A stretch of DNA of 64,000 nt from a bacterium (lineage in GTDB: Bacteria > Zhuqueibacterota > Zhuqueibacteria > Residuimicrobiales > Krinioviventaceae). Below the pieces are notes generated by a model that made no database searches, was not told the DNA's origin, and saw only the letters and a list, made by a program, of their open reading frames with translations. Location of the stretch: contig CAXXFV010000016.1 in assembly GCA_963674595.2 (NCBI GenBank), forward strand, positions 448,001 to 512,000. The letters are read 5' to 3'. The translations under genes and the position numbers were made by a program. Of the stretch, positions 1-9,828 are shown piece after piece. Numbering within the stretch: the stretch's first letter is position 1; each line of letters opens with the position of its first letter.

Positions 1-559
1 CTTCCCGAACCAGTTGTTTCACTTCATCCAAAATGCCGGCAACGGAGCGGCTGCGCTCACGTCCGCGTGTATAGGGCACAATGCAGTAAGAGCAGAAATT
101 ATTACAGCCACGCATAATCGCTATCCAGGCATTAACGCCTTTAACTCGGGTGGGGTAAATGTCGGCATAATCTTCAAACTCGGAGAGTGTTATGTCATAA
201 GGTTTTTTTTCTGTGGAATTGATAAGCTTGTAAAGGTTCCGGTAGCTGTCCGGTCCGGCAATAAAATCAATCGGCAGTTTTGGATTTTGTACCAGTTTTT
301 CCTTAAAGTCGGTTGCCATACAACCGATTACACCTATTTGCAGCGGACGCCCGTCGGCAAGATATCTGAGTTTGTGAATTCGTCCGAACACCTTTCTGTT
401 GGCGTTTTCACGCACGGAACAGGTGTTAAGCAGAATAACATCCGCTTCATCCGGTGAATCGACAAATATAAGGTTTTCTTTTAATAACACGGATTTTACA
501 ATTTCCGTGTCATATTCGTTCATTTGACAGCCATAGGTTTCAATGTATACTTTTTTCAA
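1..559 (-). CDS. miaB: tRNA-2-methylthio-N6-dimethylallyladenosine synthase MiaB (5' part; runs off left edge; not in ORF track)
   Basis: Manual translation from TTG at 559 gives KKVYIETYGCQMNEYDTEIV...DVILLNTCSVRENA...IMRGCNNFCSYCIVPYTRGRERSR (MTTase N-domain plus radical-SAM CxxxCxxC). The start overlaps the mtaB stop (TTGA). Confidence 0.93.
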   Translation of the reverse strand, partial: MKKVYIETYGCQMNEYDTEIVKSVLLKENLIFVDSPDEADVILLNTCSVRENANRKVFGRIHKLRYLADGRPLQIGVIGCMATDFKEKLVQNPKLPIDFIAGPDSYRNLYKLINSTEKKPYDITLSEFEDYADIYPTRVKGVNAWIAIMRGCNNFCSYCIVPYTRGRERSRSVAGILDEVKQLVRE

Positions 560-1845
560 GAGAGTGTTCCAATGATTGCTTGATTGTTAATGTGTGACAA
601 TTTTACCGGTACATACTGGTTTGCCAAATTGAGTTCAGATTTAACAAGAACACGAATAAAGGTGTCTGTTAATCCGGACCAGTAACCGTTCTTTAATTGT
701 TCAAAAAGGACCTTTTCGGTCCGGCCGAGTTGTTTTTCAAGATAGTTTTTACGCTTTTTCTGACTCAGCTTTCTTAAAATCAGGCTCCGTTTTTCAATAG
801 TCGCTTTATCTACTTTGTCGGGAAACAACCTGCTTTTATTATTTTTCCGGTCTGAGTAGCTGAATACATGAAAATAGGCGATGGGGAGTTTTGTCAACAA
901 CTCAACGGATTCGTTAAAATGGTCGTCCGTTTCTCCCGGAAAACCGACAATCACGTCCGTACCGATGCATATATTATCCACTTTTTGGGTTGCCTGCAAA
1001 ATATATTCTGAAAATTCATCGGTTGTATATCGTCTGTTCATTGCCTTTAAAATGGTATTGCTTCCGCTTTGCATGGAAATGTGTAAATAACGGCACAGTT
1101 TATTAAAAGGCGTCATCATATCCAACAGGTTATCCGGAATCGTTTTTGCCTCTATAGAGGAAATGCGGATCCTTTTCAGCCCTTTAAATTGCGTCAGCTT
1201 TGATATCACATCGGAAATATTATGATTGTTATAATTATAAGTACCGATATTGATACCGGTTAAAATCAGTTCTTTATGTCCGGCGTTTATTAAAATTTCC
1301 GCTTCTTTAAAAATATCATCAAAAACACGGCTTCTGGCCCGACCTCTGGCGTAAGGAATTTCACAATAACTGCAGAAAAAGTTACAACCGTCCTGTATTT
1401 TCAAGTTTGCGCGGGTATGCCTGGTATCAATACCGGCAACCGGAATCGTAAAGTTGTCCGGTTTAATTTCCGGTGTCATTAATTGAGGCTCTGTGGGATT
1501 ATTTTGCAAAATTTCCGGTAAATCCATTTTTAGCTGGTTGCCGATAACCCACTGCACCCCGGGGATTGTCATCAACTCTTTTCCCTGGGTTTGGGCCTGA
1601 CAACCGACAAGCGCTATTTGTGCGTTTTTATTGATCTTTTGGATTCTATTAATAATCCTTCGCGTGTCTGCGTCACCGTTTTCCGTGACGGTACATGTAT
1701 TGACAACGACAATATCAGCCGGATTTTTAATACCTGTTACCCGGTAACCATGCTCTTTCAGGCTTTGTTCCATAACAGCCGTTTCCGCTTTGTTCAGCCG
1801 GCAGCCGATGGTATAAAATGAAACTGTTTTTTGTTTTTTATTCAT
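556..1845 (-). CDS. mtaB: tRNA threonylcarbamoyladenosine methylthiotransferase MtaB
   Basis: TIGCRLNxAE, VVNTCTVT, LKIQDGCNFFCSYCEIPYARGRARS, LTGINIG and HVFSYS motifs, typical of MtaB. Confidence 0.88.
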   Translation of the reverse strand: MNKKQKTVSFYTIGCRLNKAETAVMEQSLKEHGYRVTGIKNPADIVVVNTCTVTENGDADTRRIINRIQKINKNAQIALVGCQAQTQGKELMTIPGVQWVIGNQLKMDLPEILQNNPTEPQLMTPEIKPDNFTIPVAGIDTRHTRANLKIQDGCNFFCSYCEIPYARGRARSRVFDDIFKEAEILINAGHKELILTGINIGTYNYNNHNISDVISKLTQFKGLKRIRISSIEAKTIPDNLLDMMTPFNKLCRYLHISMQSGSNTILKAMNRRYTTDEFSEYILQATQKVDNICIGTDVIVGFPGETDDHFNESVELLTKLPIAYFHVFSYSDRKNNKSRLFPDKVDKATIEKRSLILRKLSQKKRKNYLEKQLGRTEKVLFEQLKNGYWSGLTDTFIRVLVKSELNLANQYVPVKLSHINNQAIIGTLS

Positions 1846-1874
1846 ATAATTCGTGTTTTGTTAAACAAGTTTTT

Positions 1875-1903
1875 AATTTATTAATTTTTACAAGTGAAAG
1901 CAA
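1875..1903 (-). promoter_or_regulatory. sigma70-like promoter for mtaB-miaB
   Basis: Minus strand TTGCTT-N17-TAAATT, 30 bp upstream of the ATG. Confidence 0.5.
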
Positions 1904-1940
1904 TCAAAAGTTATTTGTTACGCGGAGGTATGTGGCATAT

Positions 1941-1973
1941 AAAAAAACTCCCGAAATAATTCGGGAGTTTTTT
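1941..1973. terminator. intrinsic terminator downstream of the marR gene (symmetrical)
   Basis: AAAAAAACTCCCGAA-ATAA-TTCGGGAGTTTTTT perfect stem with A/T tails. Confidence 0.8.
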
Positions 1974-1988
1974 GTGAGAACCCGTGCT

Positions 1989-2438
1989 TTAAGGCGTATG
2001 GGGTGGGCGATATTTTGTAATCAGGCTATAAATATCCTGAAAGGATTTTACAAACAAAATTTTGTCGTCAGAAGAAAAAGGTTTCAGGAATTGGTCAAAC
2101 ATATCCGTCATTGCTTTTTGACGTTTTTTTAACAGATCAAGTCCTTTTTCCGATAGTTTTAACAAAACCTGACGTTTGTCCGGACTGTCGCTGGTTTTAC
2201 TAAAAAGTTCCTGCGAAATCATTCTGTTTGCCAGTTCTGTGCCTGTGGAAGCGGCCAGTTTTAATTTTTCACAAAATTCGCTTACTGTAAGACCATCGTT
2301 TATGTGTACGATAATCAGAGCCTGAAATTGGCGCATGGACAACTTTTCATCATCAGCATGTTGTCTTCCGAGGTCGTGAAATGCTCCCATTATTTTAGGG
2401 ACCAGTTCAGCTAGTTTTTTCGAGTTTCTATCCGTCAT
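1989..2438 (-). CDS. MarR-family transcriptional regulator
   Basis: 149 aa winged helix: LSMRQFQAL...LTVSEF...DKRQVLLKLSEKG. Confidence 0.85.
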   Translation of the reverse strand: MTDRNSKKLAELVPKIMGAFHDLGRQHADDEKLSMRQFQALIIVHINDGLTVSEFCEKLKLAASTGTELANRMISQELFSKTSDSPDKRQVLLKLSEKGLDLLKKRQKAMTDMFDQFLKPFSSDDKILFVKSFQDIYSLITKYRPPHTP

Positions 2439-2447
2439 TCTTATCCT

Positions 2448-4616
2448 TTAGTAACTTGTTTCAACTCCGACAAAATATTGGCGTCCGAACCAGGGTCCAA
2501 AAACATCATTAGTATAATCACGAATGTTGTTGACACCGGCCCGTACTTTGAAAAAGCGATTTACCTTAAACGCTGCTGATGCATCGAGCAGGTTATAGGC
2601 TTCTTTTTTAACCGGAGCATCCGCATCCGTTCCGAGGTTGAGGGCAAATTGTGAATTGATCGTGACTTTACCGTAATACTGGTTGCGGACCGACAAGTTT
2701 AAACGGTTTTGTAACAGACGATAATTCAACCGTACAGAAATTGTATGCGGCGGAACATCCATGCCGCCGTTTGTTTCATCCGTATTTGTCATGGTTTCTG
2801 AATCTTCAATATATTTTACTTTGGTATAGTTGTATGACAATGAACCTGACAAGTTTTTAATAATATAAATTTTGGTTTGAAGTTCAAAGCCGTTAAATGT
2901 CGCTTCATCGATATTTTGATATGAATAATACATGAATGGCGGGTGTCCGTATGTATAATCGGCAATTAAATCTGTAAATTTATTTTGAAATACAGAACCG
3001 CTCACAAGGAATTTATCGTTTGAATATTCCACGCCAACGTTTGTTCCGTTGGATTTTTCCTCTGTTAGGTCCCCATTTCCAATCACAGTAAACGGCATGC
3101 CGGGAACAGAAAAATTACTATACATTTCCAGAAAACTGGGCGCTCTAAAACCGGCACCCCAGGATGATCGTAGTTTTAGTTCAGGCGTGACCTCAAACAT
3201 GGCGCTGACTCTGGGACTGAACCGGCCATCAAAATCGGTGATTTTATCATATCTGCCGCCGATATTTAATGTCAGTTTTTTTATTAAAACTTCTGCTTGA
3301 GTGAAAACACCATGCTGTTCACGGGTTATTTTATCCGTAACACGATCTGATTTATAGTCATTATTGGAATAATCATATCCCACATTAAAAGATAACCCCT
3401 TCATCGCTGACACAAGAAAATCAGTCTTTAATCCGATAATGTTTTCTTCTGTTGTATCGGTTGATGCTGCCTGCGGCATCGATTGAGGAGCTGTTTTATA
3501 TGTCCTAAAGTTATCTGAAATGTACCCAGTGGCATTCATGTTTAGCAATGAGCCGTATTTTTTATTCCAGTTTAAATTTGTGTTCCAATGGTCAACATCG
3601 GTTTCTGTTTCATTTATTGATGTATAACCGGCGATATCCGCTTTTTGTGTATGTTCTTTGTATTCTACAGATGCTTCGAAATTTCCCAACGCTATTTCCG
3701 GAAAACTGATTTTTCCGTTTATTGCGTCGATTTTCTGGTCTTTAAAGCTGATTTCCGTACTGTTTTTATACTCTCCCTGACTCATATGATCATAATCTAT
3801 TCTGTAACCAATACCGTTCTTTTTGCCGCTTAGATTTAAATTACTGCTGTATAAATCATGAGAGCCGGTTTTTAAATTTACATTGGCATCAAAGTTATCC
3901 GTAAAACCTTTTGTAATGATATTAACAACTCCGCCCATTGCTTCACTTCCATAAAGCGCAGACCCCGGTCCTTTAACGATTTCAATGTGGTCGATTTTAT
4001 CCGAATCAATCATATTCAGTTCGACCCTGTCATGTATTTTTCCGGCAATAGGATTGCCGTCCATCAAAATTAAAATTCGTTTGTTGTCAATCCCGTTCAT
4101 TCGCAGAATTTTGCCGCCGGAAGAATTAGATTCGACCAAAATTCCCGGTCTGTCTTCCATTGCTTCTGCTAAATCATCTGCTCCTTTTTCCTCAATTTCT
4201 GTCTGTGAAATAAACTCTGTAATGACAGGAACATCCTGCAAAAGTTTTTCCGAACGTGTGGCTGTTATAACCACCTGGTCCATTTGAAAATAACTTTCAT
4301 TAAGCTCAAATCGTATTTGTGGATTGAATTGAGCTGAAACAGTTGTTTTTTGTTCACCGGTTTCGTATCCAATTACTTTGGCATGCAGTGTATATTCGCC
4401 TGCTGTTACATTTTTTATTATAAATTCACCCTTGCTGTTTGCTGCTGCGCCTCTGTTTGTGCCTTCTATGGTAACATTGGCATAGGGCAGTACAGAGCCG
4501 GTTTTACTGTCAAGAACGATACCTTTAATGTCCAGACTTTCTGCGCTAACGGTAAATACAGACACGCAAAAAGTTAAGAACACAAAAATATTAATAACAA
4601 TATTTTGTTTTTTCAT
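2448..4616 (-). CDS. TonB-dependent outer-membrane receptor with N-terminal carboxypeptidase-regulatory-like domain (metal chelate/porphyrin receptor-like)
   Basis: Signal peptide, QVVITATRS, plug motif IDHIEIVKGPGSALYGSEAMGGVVNIITK, GFRAPS, C-terminal GRQYFVGVETSY. Confidence 0.9.
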   Translation of the reverse strand: MKKQNIVINIFVFLTFCVSVFTVSAESLDIKGIVLDSKTGSVLPYANVTIEGTNRGAAANSKGEFIIKNVTAGEYTLHAKVIGYETGEQKTTVSAQFNPQIRFELNESYFQMDQVVITATRSEKLLQDVPVITEFISQTEIEEKGADDLAEAMEDRPGILVESNSSGGKILRMNGIDNKRILILMDGNPIAGKIHDRVELNMIDSDKIDHIEIVKGPGSALYGSEAMGGVVNIITKGFTDNFDANVNLKTGSHDLYSSNLNLSGKKNGIGYRIDYDHMSQGEYKNSTEISFKDQKIDAINGKISFPEIALGNFEASVEYKEHTQKADIAGYTSINETETDVDHWNTNLNWNKKYGSLLNMNATGYISDNFRTYKTAPQSMPQAASTDTTEENIIGLKTDFLVSAMKGLSFNVGYDYSNNDYKSDRVTDKITREQHGVFTQAEVLIKKLTLNIGGRYDKITDFDGRFSPRVSAMFEVTPELKLRSSWGAGFRAPSFLEMYSNFSVPGMPFTVIGNGDLTEEKSNGTNVGVEYSNDKFLVSGSVFQNKFTDLIADYTYGHPPFMYYSYQNIDEATFNGFELQTKIYIIKNLSGSLSYNYTKVKYIEDSETMTNTDETNGGMDVPPHTISVRLNYRLLQNRLNLSVRNQYYGKVTINSQFALNLGTDADAPVKKEAYNLLDASAAFKVNRFFKVRAGVNNIRDYTNDVFGPWFGRQYFVGVETSY

Positions 4617-4688
4617 GGTTCCTTCTCCATTTGTTGATGTAAAATAATGAACAGACAGTAAAGAGGTTATTAATTTTGCAATAATTGG

Positions 4689-4730
4689 TTCGTATAAGCG
4701 AAATATAATTTATGTAAATTGAATAGTCAA
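4689..4730 (-). promoter_or_regulatory. sigma70-like promoter of the TBDR-marR operon with adjacent palindrome (candidate MarR operator)
   Basis: Minus strand TTGACT-N17-TATATT (4730-4702), immediately followed by the palindrome TTCG-N6-CGAA (4689-4702). Confidence 0.55.
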
Positions 4731-4866
4731 GAAAAAAACTAAAAATAATTGTAAAATACAGCAAGTGTAACTGTAACTTGCTTTTTGAACTACAAGTCGC
4801 TATCTTTAAGTGTTGGATTTTATTATACAAGTTTTTCAAAAAACAAAAGATTAACTTGAGGAAATT

Positions 4867-6243
4867 ATGAAAACAGCAATTATTCTGGCAGCCGGTAGCG
4901 GTTCAAAAATTTGGCCCTATAATGTAACAAAAAACAAATGTGTTTTACCCGTTGCAAATAAACCTCTTTTCTTATATACTGTTGAGGCATTAAAAAATAA
5001 CAACATTGATCAGATAGTTGTTGTAACAGGTTATCGCAGCGAACAGATTGTTCATGCTTTGGGTGCCTATGACAATATTAAACTTGTTGAACAAAAAGGA
5101 AACAAGGGAACGGTTTCTGCTTTGTTAACAGGTCTGGATGCAGTTGATGATGCGGAATTTTTGGTTGTTTATGGCGATGTTTTGGTAACAGATAAAGATA
5201 TTTCTGCTTTGTTGAAAAACTATAAACAGTCCAAACCCATTGCCGGTGCATTGGTGCAGCCGCTTGGAACAGAATCGCCCAATGAATGGATATGCGCTCA
5301 GGTTAATAATTCTCAGATTGAATATATATTGGGGCACCCGCGAGACAGTGTAACGCATCGTATGTGCGGCATTTACGCGATGGACCGAAAGATCGTTCCC
5401 TATTTAAAAAAGAATCCGGGATTTATGCAATCGGTTCAGGTGGGCATGATGTCACCGGATGAGGCTTTTATAGAAGATTCCATCCAAATGGCAATTGAAG
5501 CCGGACAGAATATTCAGGCCGTTGAAACGGGCCAACCGTTTTTTGACATTGATAAACCCTGGCACCTGCTTGAAGCTAACCGTCAATGGATGGAATACTG
5601 CGGGTCCCGCCTGGAAAAAAATATTATCGGTAAAAATTGTAAAATATCTGATAAAGCTGACATAAGCGGCCATCTTGTGCTTGGGGATAACTGTGAAATC
5701 GGCAGTGGTGTTCATATCGAGGGGAGCTTGTGGCTGGGTGATAACAGCAAAATCGTTCAGGGGGCCATCATCGAGCCGAATGTTCATATTGGTAAAAACT
5801 GTACAATAAGAAGATATGCCCAAATAGAATTAAGTACGTGTATTGGTGACGACAGTTTTGTCGGGCATTGTGCTGAAGTTGCCGGTGTTTTTATGAAACG
5901 AGCCTGGGCCTTTCATTACGGTGAATATTGGGGCATTTTAGGAGATTGTTGTGATTTGGGCGCTGCAACGGTATGCGGCAATTTGCGTTTTGATGATTTA
6001 CAAACCGTACACACTGTCAACAATCGTAAAGAAATTCCAAAAGCAGGGGCCAATGCCGCCTATATCGGTGATTATGTGCGGACCGGTGTCAACACAATTA
6101 TAATGCCCGGTGTAAAGGTCGGGCCTTATAGCGTATTAGGCGCCGGGACGATTGTCCATAAAGATGTTGAGAACAATACACTATTGTACGTCAAACAGGA
6201 ACATGTTCAACAAAAATGGGGTCCCGAAAAATACGGCTGGTAG
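4867..6243 (+). CDS. bifunctional sugar-1-phosphate nucleotidylyltransferase/acyltransferase (GlmU-like)
   Basis: AIILAAGSGSKIWP...K.VLPVANKP, VVYGD, DIDKPWHLLEAN, then hexapeptide left-handed beta-helix repeats. Confidence 0.8.
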   Translation: MKTAIILAAGSGSKIWPYNVTKNKCVLPVANKPLFLYTVEALKNNNIDQIVVVTGYRSEQIVHALGAYDNIKLVEQKGNKGTVSALLTGLDAVDDAEFLVVYGDVLVTDKDISALLKNYKQSKPIAGALVQPLGTESPNEWICAQVNNSQIEYILGHPRDSVTHRMCGIYAMDRKIVPYLKKNPGFMQSVQVGMMSPDEAFIEDSIQMAIEAGQNIQAVETGQPFFDIDKPWHLLEANRQWMEYCGSRLEKNIIGKNCKISDKADISGHLVLGDNCEIGSGVHIEGSLWLGDNSKIVQGAIIEPNVHIGKNCTIRRYAQIELSTCIGDDSFVGHCAEVAGVFMKRAWAFHYGEYWGILGDCCDLGAATVCGNLRFDDLQTVHTVNNRKEIPKAGANAAYIGDYVRTGVNTIIMPGVKVGPYSVLGAGTIVHKDVENNTLLYVKQEHVQQKWGPEKYGW

Positions 6244-6376
6244 CATATTATCTCTGTACCTGAAAAAAATAAAATACATCAAGAAATTTGATCATTTGTA
6301 TAATTACAAAAAATGGAATTTTGTGTTTATACCTGTTGTTACTGACCTCAATACCGGATCGGATTATAGGTGAACT

Positions 6377-7909
6377 ATGAGTAATGAAAAAACAACAAAT
6401 CCACTTCGTGAGGGAATGCGGTTAAAAAGGCTGCCGCAGCCCAATACACTTGTTATCTTTGGTGCTACAGGCGATTTAACACATCGTAAACTGTTGCCAT
6501 CGTTATTTAGTCTTTATAAGCAGAATCTTTTACCGATTAATTTTTCGATTATCGCTTTTGCACGCAGACCAAAGACAAGCAGCGAATATCAAAATGAATT
6601 TAAAAATGCATTACCTTCATCCGGTTATTCACCGGAAGACAAGGAAAAGCTAAATTCGTTTTTGCAATACATACATTATTTTCAGGGAGATTTTTCGTCT
6701 CCGGATGCCTTTATTGCATTATCGGAAAAGTTGAAAAATATTGAAAAAGAGAACAGAATAAATGCCAACCGGCTTTACTATCTGGCAACTCCGCCGTCTG
6801 CTTATAACACAATCGTTGAAAATTTGGGAGCTGCCGGTCTTTCCGCTAATGATTCCGGATGGACGCGTATTATTATTGAAAAACCGTTTGGTCATGATCT
6901 GTCAAGCGCTCAGGATTTGAATAGAAACGTAAAACAGGTATTTAGTGAGGAGCAGATTTATAGAATCGATCATTATCTTGGTAAAGAAACGGTTCAGAAT
7001 ATTCTTGTTTTTCGTTTTGCTAACGGCATTTTTGAACCGATATGGAACCGGCGCTACATAGACCATGTACAGATATCTTTTGCCGAATCCATAGGTGTGG
7101 AAGGACGGGGCAAGTTTTACGAAGAAATCGGTATTTTAAGGGATATTATACAAAACCATCTGTTGCAGCTATTGTGTCTTGTTGCCATGGAACCACCGTC
7201 TTCATTTGATGCCGACGCTGTTCGGGATGAAAAGGTCAAGGTCCTTCGGGCCGTGCAGCCGATCAGTGCCGATGATATGGATAAAAGAGTCGTGCGGGCA
7301 CAGTATGCGGCGGGTTCACTTTTGGGACAAAATTATATTTCCTATCTTGATGAAGAGGGTGTCTCTCCTGATTCCACGACGGAGACATACACTGCCATGA
7401 AATTATCGTTGAATAACTGGCGGTGGGCCGGCGTTCCTTTTTTTATCCGGGCCGGTAAGCGTCTTCCGAAACGCGTTACGGAAATAGCCATCCATTTTAA
7501 AGATGCACCATTGCAAATATTTGGTCCCCAGGCTGCGGACGTTTCCGCCAATGTTTTAACACTAAATATTCAACCTAATGAAGGGATTTCCCTGCGATTC
7601 GATTCCAAAGTACCGGGTCCCACAGCACATATTCGACCGGTAACAATGGATTTTCGTTACGGTACCAGTTTTGGCGAGGTCCCACCCGATGCTTACGAAC
7701 GATTGTTGCTGGATGCCATGATTGGCGATTCCACATTATTTACCCGTGCCGATGAAAATGAAATGGCCTGGAAAATAATGACACCCATCCTGGAACACTG
7801 GCAAAATCTCGGTAAAACCAGCATTCCCCAATATAAAATTGGTACCTGGGGACCTGAAGAAGCGGATGTGTTACTGTCAGATATTCATAATAAATGGAGA
7901 CAGTTATAA
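6377..7909 (+). CDS. zwf: glucose-6-phosphate 1-dehydrogenase
   Basis: GATGDL, EKPFG and RIDHYLGKETVQN signatures. Confidence 0.97.
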   Translation: MSNEKTTNPLREGMRLKRLPQPNTLVIFGATGDLTHRKLLPSLFSLYKQNLLPINFSIIAFARRPKTSSEYQNEFKNALPSSGYSPEDKEKLNSFLQYIHYFQGDFSSPDAFIALSEKLKNIEKENRINANRLYYLATPPSAYNTIVENLGAAGLSANDSGWTRIIIEKPFGHDLSSAQDLNRNVKQVFSEEQIYRIDHYLGKETVQNILVFRFANGIFEPIWNRRYIDHVQISFAESIGVEGRGKFYEEIGILRDIIQNHLLQLLCLVAMEPPSSFDADAVRDEKVKVLRAVQPISADDMDKRVVRAQYAAGSLLGQNYISYLDEEGVSPDSTTETYTAMKLSLNNWRWAGVPFFIRAGKRLPKRVTEIAIHFKDAPLQIFGPQAADVSANVLTLNIQPNEGISLRFDSKVPGPTAHIRPVTMDFRYGTSFGEVPPDAYERLLLDAMIGDSTLFTRADENEMAWKIMTPILEHWQNLGKTSIPQYKIGTWGPEEADVLLSDIHNKWRQL

Positions 7910-9000
7910 TGGAAAATGCAACGATAACTGTCCCCGGTATTAAAGTCAGTTTAAAGAACATAGAATCTGAATTGATAAATTTTTGGAAGGGAATTGTTGC
8001 TGATTCTGATCCGCAGACTCTGGTTAAAACTAGCACAATGAATTTTATTATTATTTCTCAGGATGTTGAAAATTTTCAATCTTTAACAACGTTAATACAG
8101 CACATAACCAAACATCATCCGGGGCGTATTCTTTTGGTTTTGATTGATAAAAACAACAATACCGACCAGATCGATGCATCCATAACGGCCTATTGTCAGT
8201 CATTCGATAGTTCAGACCAACAGCTTTGTTGTGAACAAATTACCCTGTCAACCGGCCGTGATGGTATGGCGCATTTGAACGGCGTTATCATTCCGTTACT
8301 GTTGCCGGACCTTCCCGTGTTTTTGTGGCATGTAGAGGCTGAACAATTAAGGGATAATTATTACGGCCCGATTTATCCTTTTGTGAACAGAATAATTCTC
8401 GATTTAGGACAGGTGAAAGAACTCTCTGACATTAAAAGTTGGATAAATAATCTGTCTGAAAAAGCTCATATCAGTGATTTGGCGTGGACACAAATAACTC
8501 CCTGGCGCGAAGCGTTGGCCCTACCTTTTGATAATGACTTGTTTGTGAAATACCTGATGTCTGTTCGAAACGTTAAAATTACCAGTCGCTCTGATAAAAA
8601 GGACCAATTTTCTTCCTGGCTATTGGTTGGGTGGTTGATGTCTCAGTTAAACTGGTCCTATAAAGATTATGATGGAAATTTTAAATTTTCTGATGCTTCT
8701 CACCAACCTGTTGATGTTGAATTTAGTAATGATAAAAATTCAGGTGGTATTACAAAAATTGAATTATCTAGTCAAACCGACGATGAATTGATCAATTTTT
8801 CATTTATTCGCTCAAATGAAAATGAAATTGAAATAAAAATCAATAAAGGTCATGATCTGCTTTTTTCAGGTATGGTCCCATATAAAAAATTGAGCAAAAG
8901 CCAGTTGATCTGTAATGAACTCGATTTTTTAAACACCGATAAAATATATTTAAAATCACTCGGTTTGTTAAATTATCTGGAAATAAATAAAAATGAATGA
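7909..9000 (+). CDS. opcA: G6PD assembly/effector protein OpcA
   Basis: HPGRIL, CCEQITL, PLLLPDLPVFLW and DLAWTQITPWRE motifs; lies between zwf and pgl; ATG at 7909 overlaps the zwf stop (TAATG). Confidence 0.85.
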   Translation: MENATITVPGIKVSLKNIESELINFWKGIVADSDPQTLVKTSTMNFIIISQDVENFQSLTTLIQHITKHHPGRILLVLIDKNNNTDQIDASITAYCQSFDSSDQQLCCEQITLSTGRDGMAHLNGVIIPLLLPDLPVFLWHVEAEQLRDNYYGPIYPFVNRIILDLGQVKELSDIKSWINNLSEKAHISDLAWTQITPWREALALPFDNDLFVKYLMSVRNVKITSRSDKKDQFSSWLLVGWLMSQLNWSYKDYDGNFKFSDASHQPVDVEFSNDKNSGGITKIELSSQTDDELINFSFIRSNENEIEIKINKGHDLLFSGMVPYKKLSKSQLICNELDFLNTDKIYLKSLGLLNYLEINKNE

Positions 9001-9724
9001 ACCCAAAATACATATTGTTGAGAACAAAGACGAACTGGGACTTGAATGCGCTAAAGCGATGGTTGATATAGCAAAGCAATCTATAGTAGATAAAGGAATG
9101 TTTACAATCGCACTTTCAGGTGGTTCGACACCGAAATTGCTATATAATGCTTTGGTGAAAAATTTTCATAAAGAACTGGACTGGTCGAAGGTCTTTTTTT
9201 TCTGGAGTGATGAACGATATGTTCCTATTGATCATGAGGACAGCAATGCCGGTATGGCGCTGACCTGGTTATTAAATCCTTTAAAAATTGCACCGAAAAA
9301 TATTTATCCTGTCCCTACCGATATTTCCCCTCCTGATAAAGCCGCAGAAATATACCAAAAAACTGTTTTAGAACATTTTAAAGCAGAAAAATATCATATT
9401 CCCGAATTCGATTTGGTGTTGTTGGGACTCGGTGATGACGGTCATACTGCTTCTCTTTTCCCCGGAACAAAGGCATTGTCTGAAAAAAATGATATTGTTA
9501 AAGCAAACTGGATTGATAGTAAAAAGGTCTGGCGTATTACTTTTACCTATCCGCTCATTAACCATGCCAAAAATGTTTTTATGTTGACAACTGGCCCGGA
9601 TAAAGCTGAAATGGTCAGCCGTATTTTAGGTAAAAATGAAAAGTCTTTGCCCGCTTCCCTGATAAATCCCCATCATGGTGAGTTACATTGGTTTTTGGAT
9701 AATTCTGCTGCTTTGAAATTGTAA
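8993..9724 (+). CDS. pgl: 6-phosphogluconolactonase
   Basis: ALSGGSTP, WSDERYVP and LLGLGDDGHTASLFP motifs. Confidence 0.95.
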   Translation: MNEPKIHIVENKDELGLECAKAMVDIAKQSIVDKGMFTIALSGGSTPKLLYNALVKNFHKELDWSKVFFFWSDERYVPIDHEDSNAGMALTWLLNPLKIAPKNIYPVPTDISPPDKAAEIYQKTVLEHFKAEKYHIPEFDLVLLGLGDDGHTASLFPGTKALSEKNDIVKANWIDSKKVWRITFTYPLINHAKNVFMLTTGPDKAEMVSRILGKNEKSLPASLINPHHGELHWFLDNSAALKL

Positions 9725-9780
9725 AAAATTGTATCTCAAGAGTGCCGGGGGGCTTTTTCTTTTGTTTTGCGGAACTGACA

Positions 9781-9799
9781 TGTTATATTGTATACACAA
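9781..9799 (+). promoter_or_regulatory. extended -10 element overlapped by GntR/HutC-type operator TTGTATACACAA
   Basis: TGtTATATT (9781-9789) overlaps the near-palindrome TTGTATACACAA (9788-9799); the same 13-mer occurs inverted at 20636-20648. Confidence 0.6.
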
Positions 9800-9828
9800 T
9801 TAAACATCTGATATAGAAAGGGTGAAAA

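Noticed and set aside
14-457. 147-aa plus-strand ORF
   Set aside because: Antisense shadow of miaB, which has clear motifs on the minus strand.
4617-4866. Cobalamin/TPP riboswitch or Fur box upstream of the TBDR
   Set aside because: The leader is short and AT-rich with no conserved riboswitch elements or convincing GATAATGAT repeats.
6295-6310. Palindrome TTTGTA-TAAT-TACAAA upstream of zwf as a HexR or GntR site
   Set aside because: The spacing matches neither the local GntR motif nor HexR as I recall it, and it may simply be a -10 element in AT-rich DNA.
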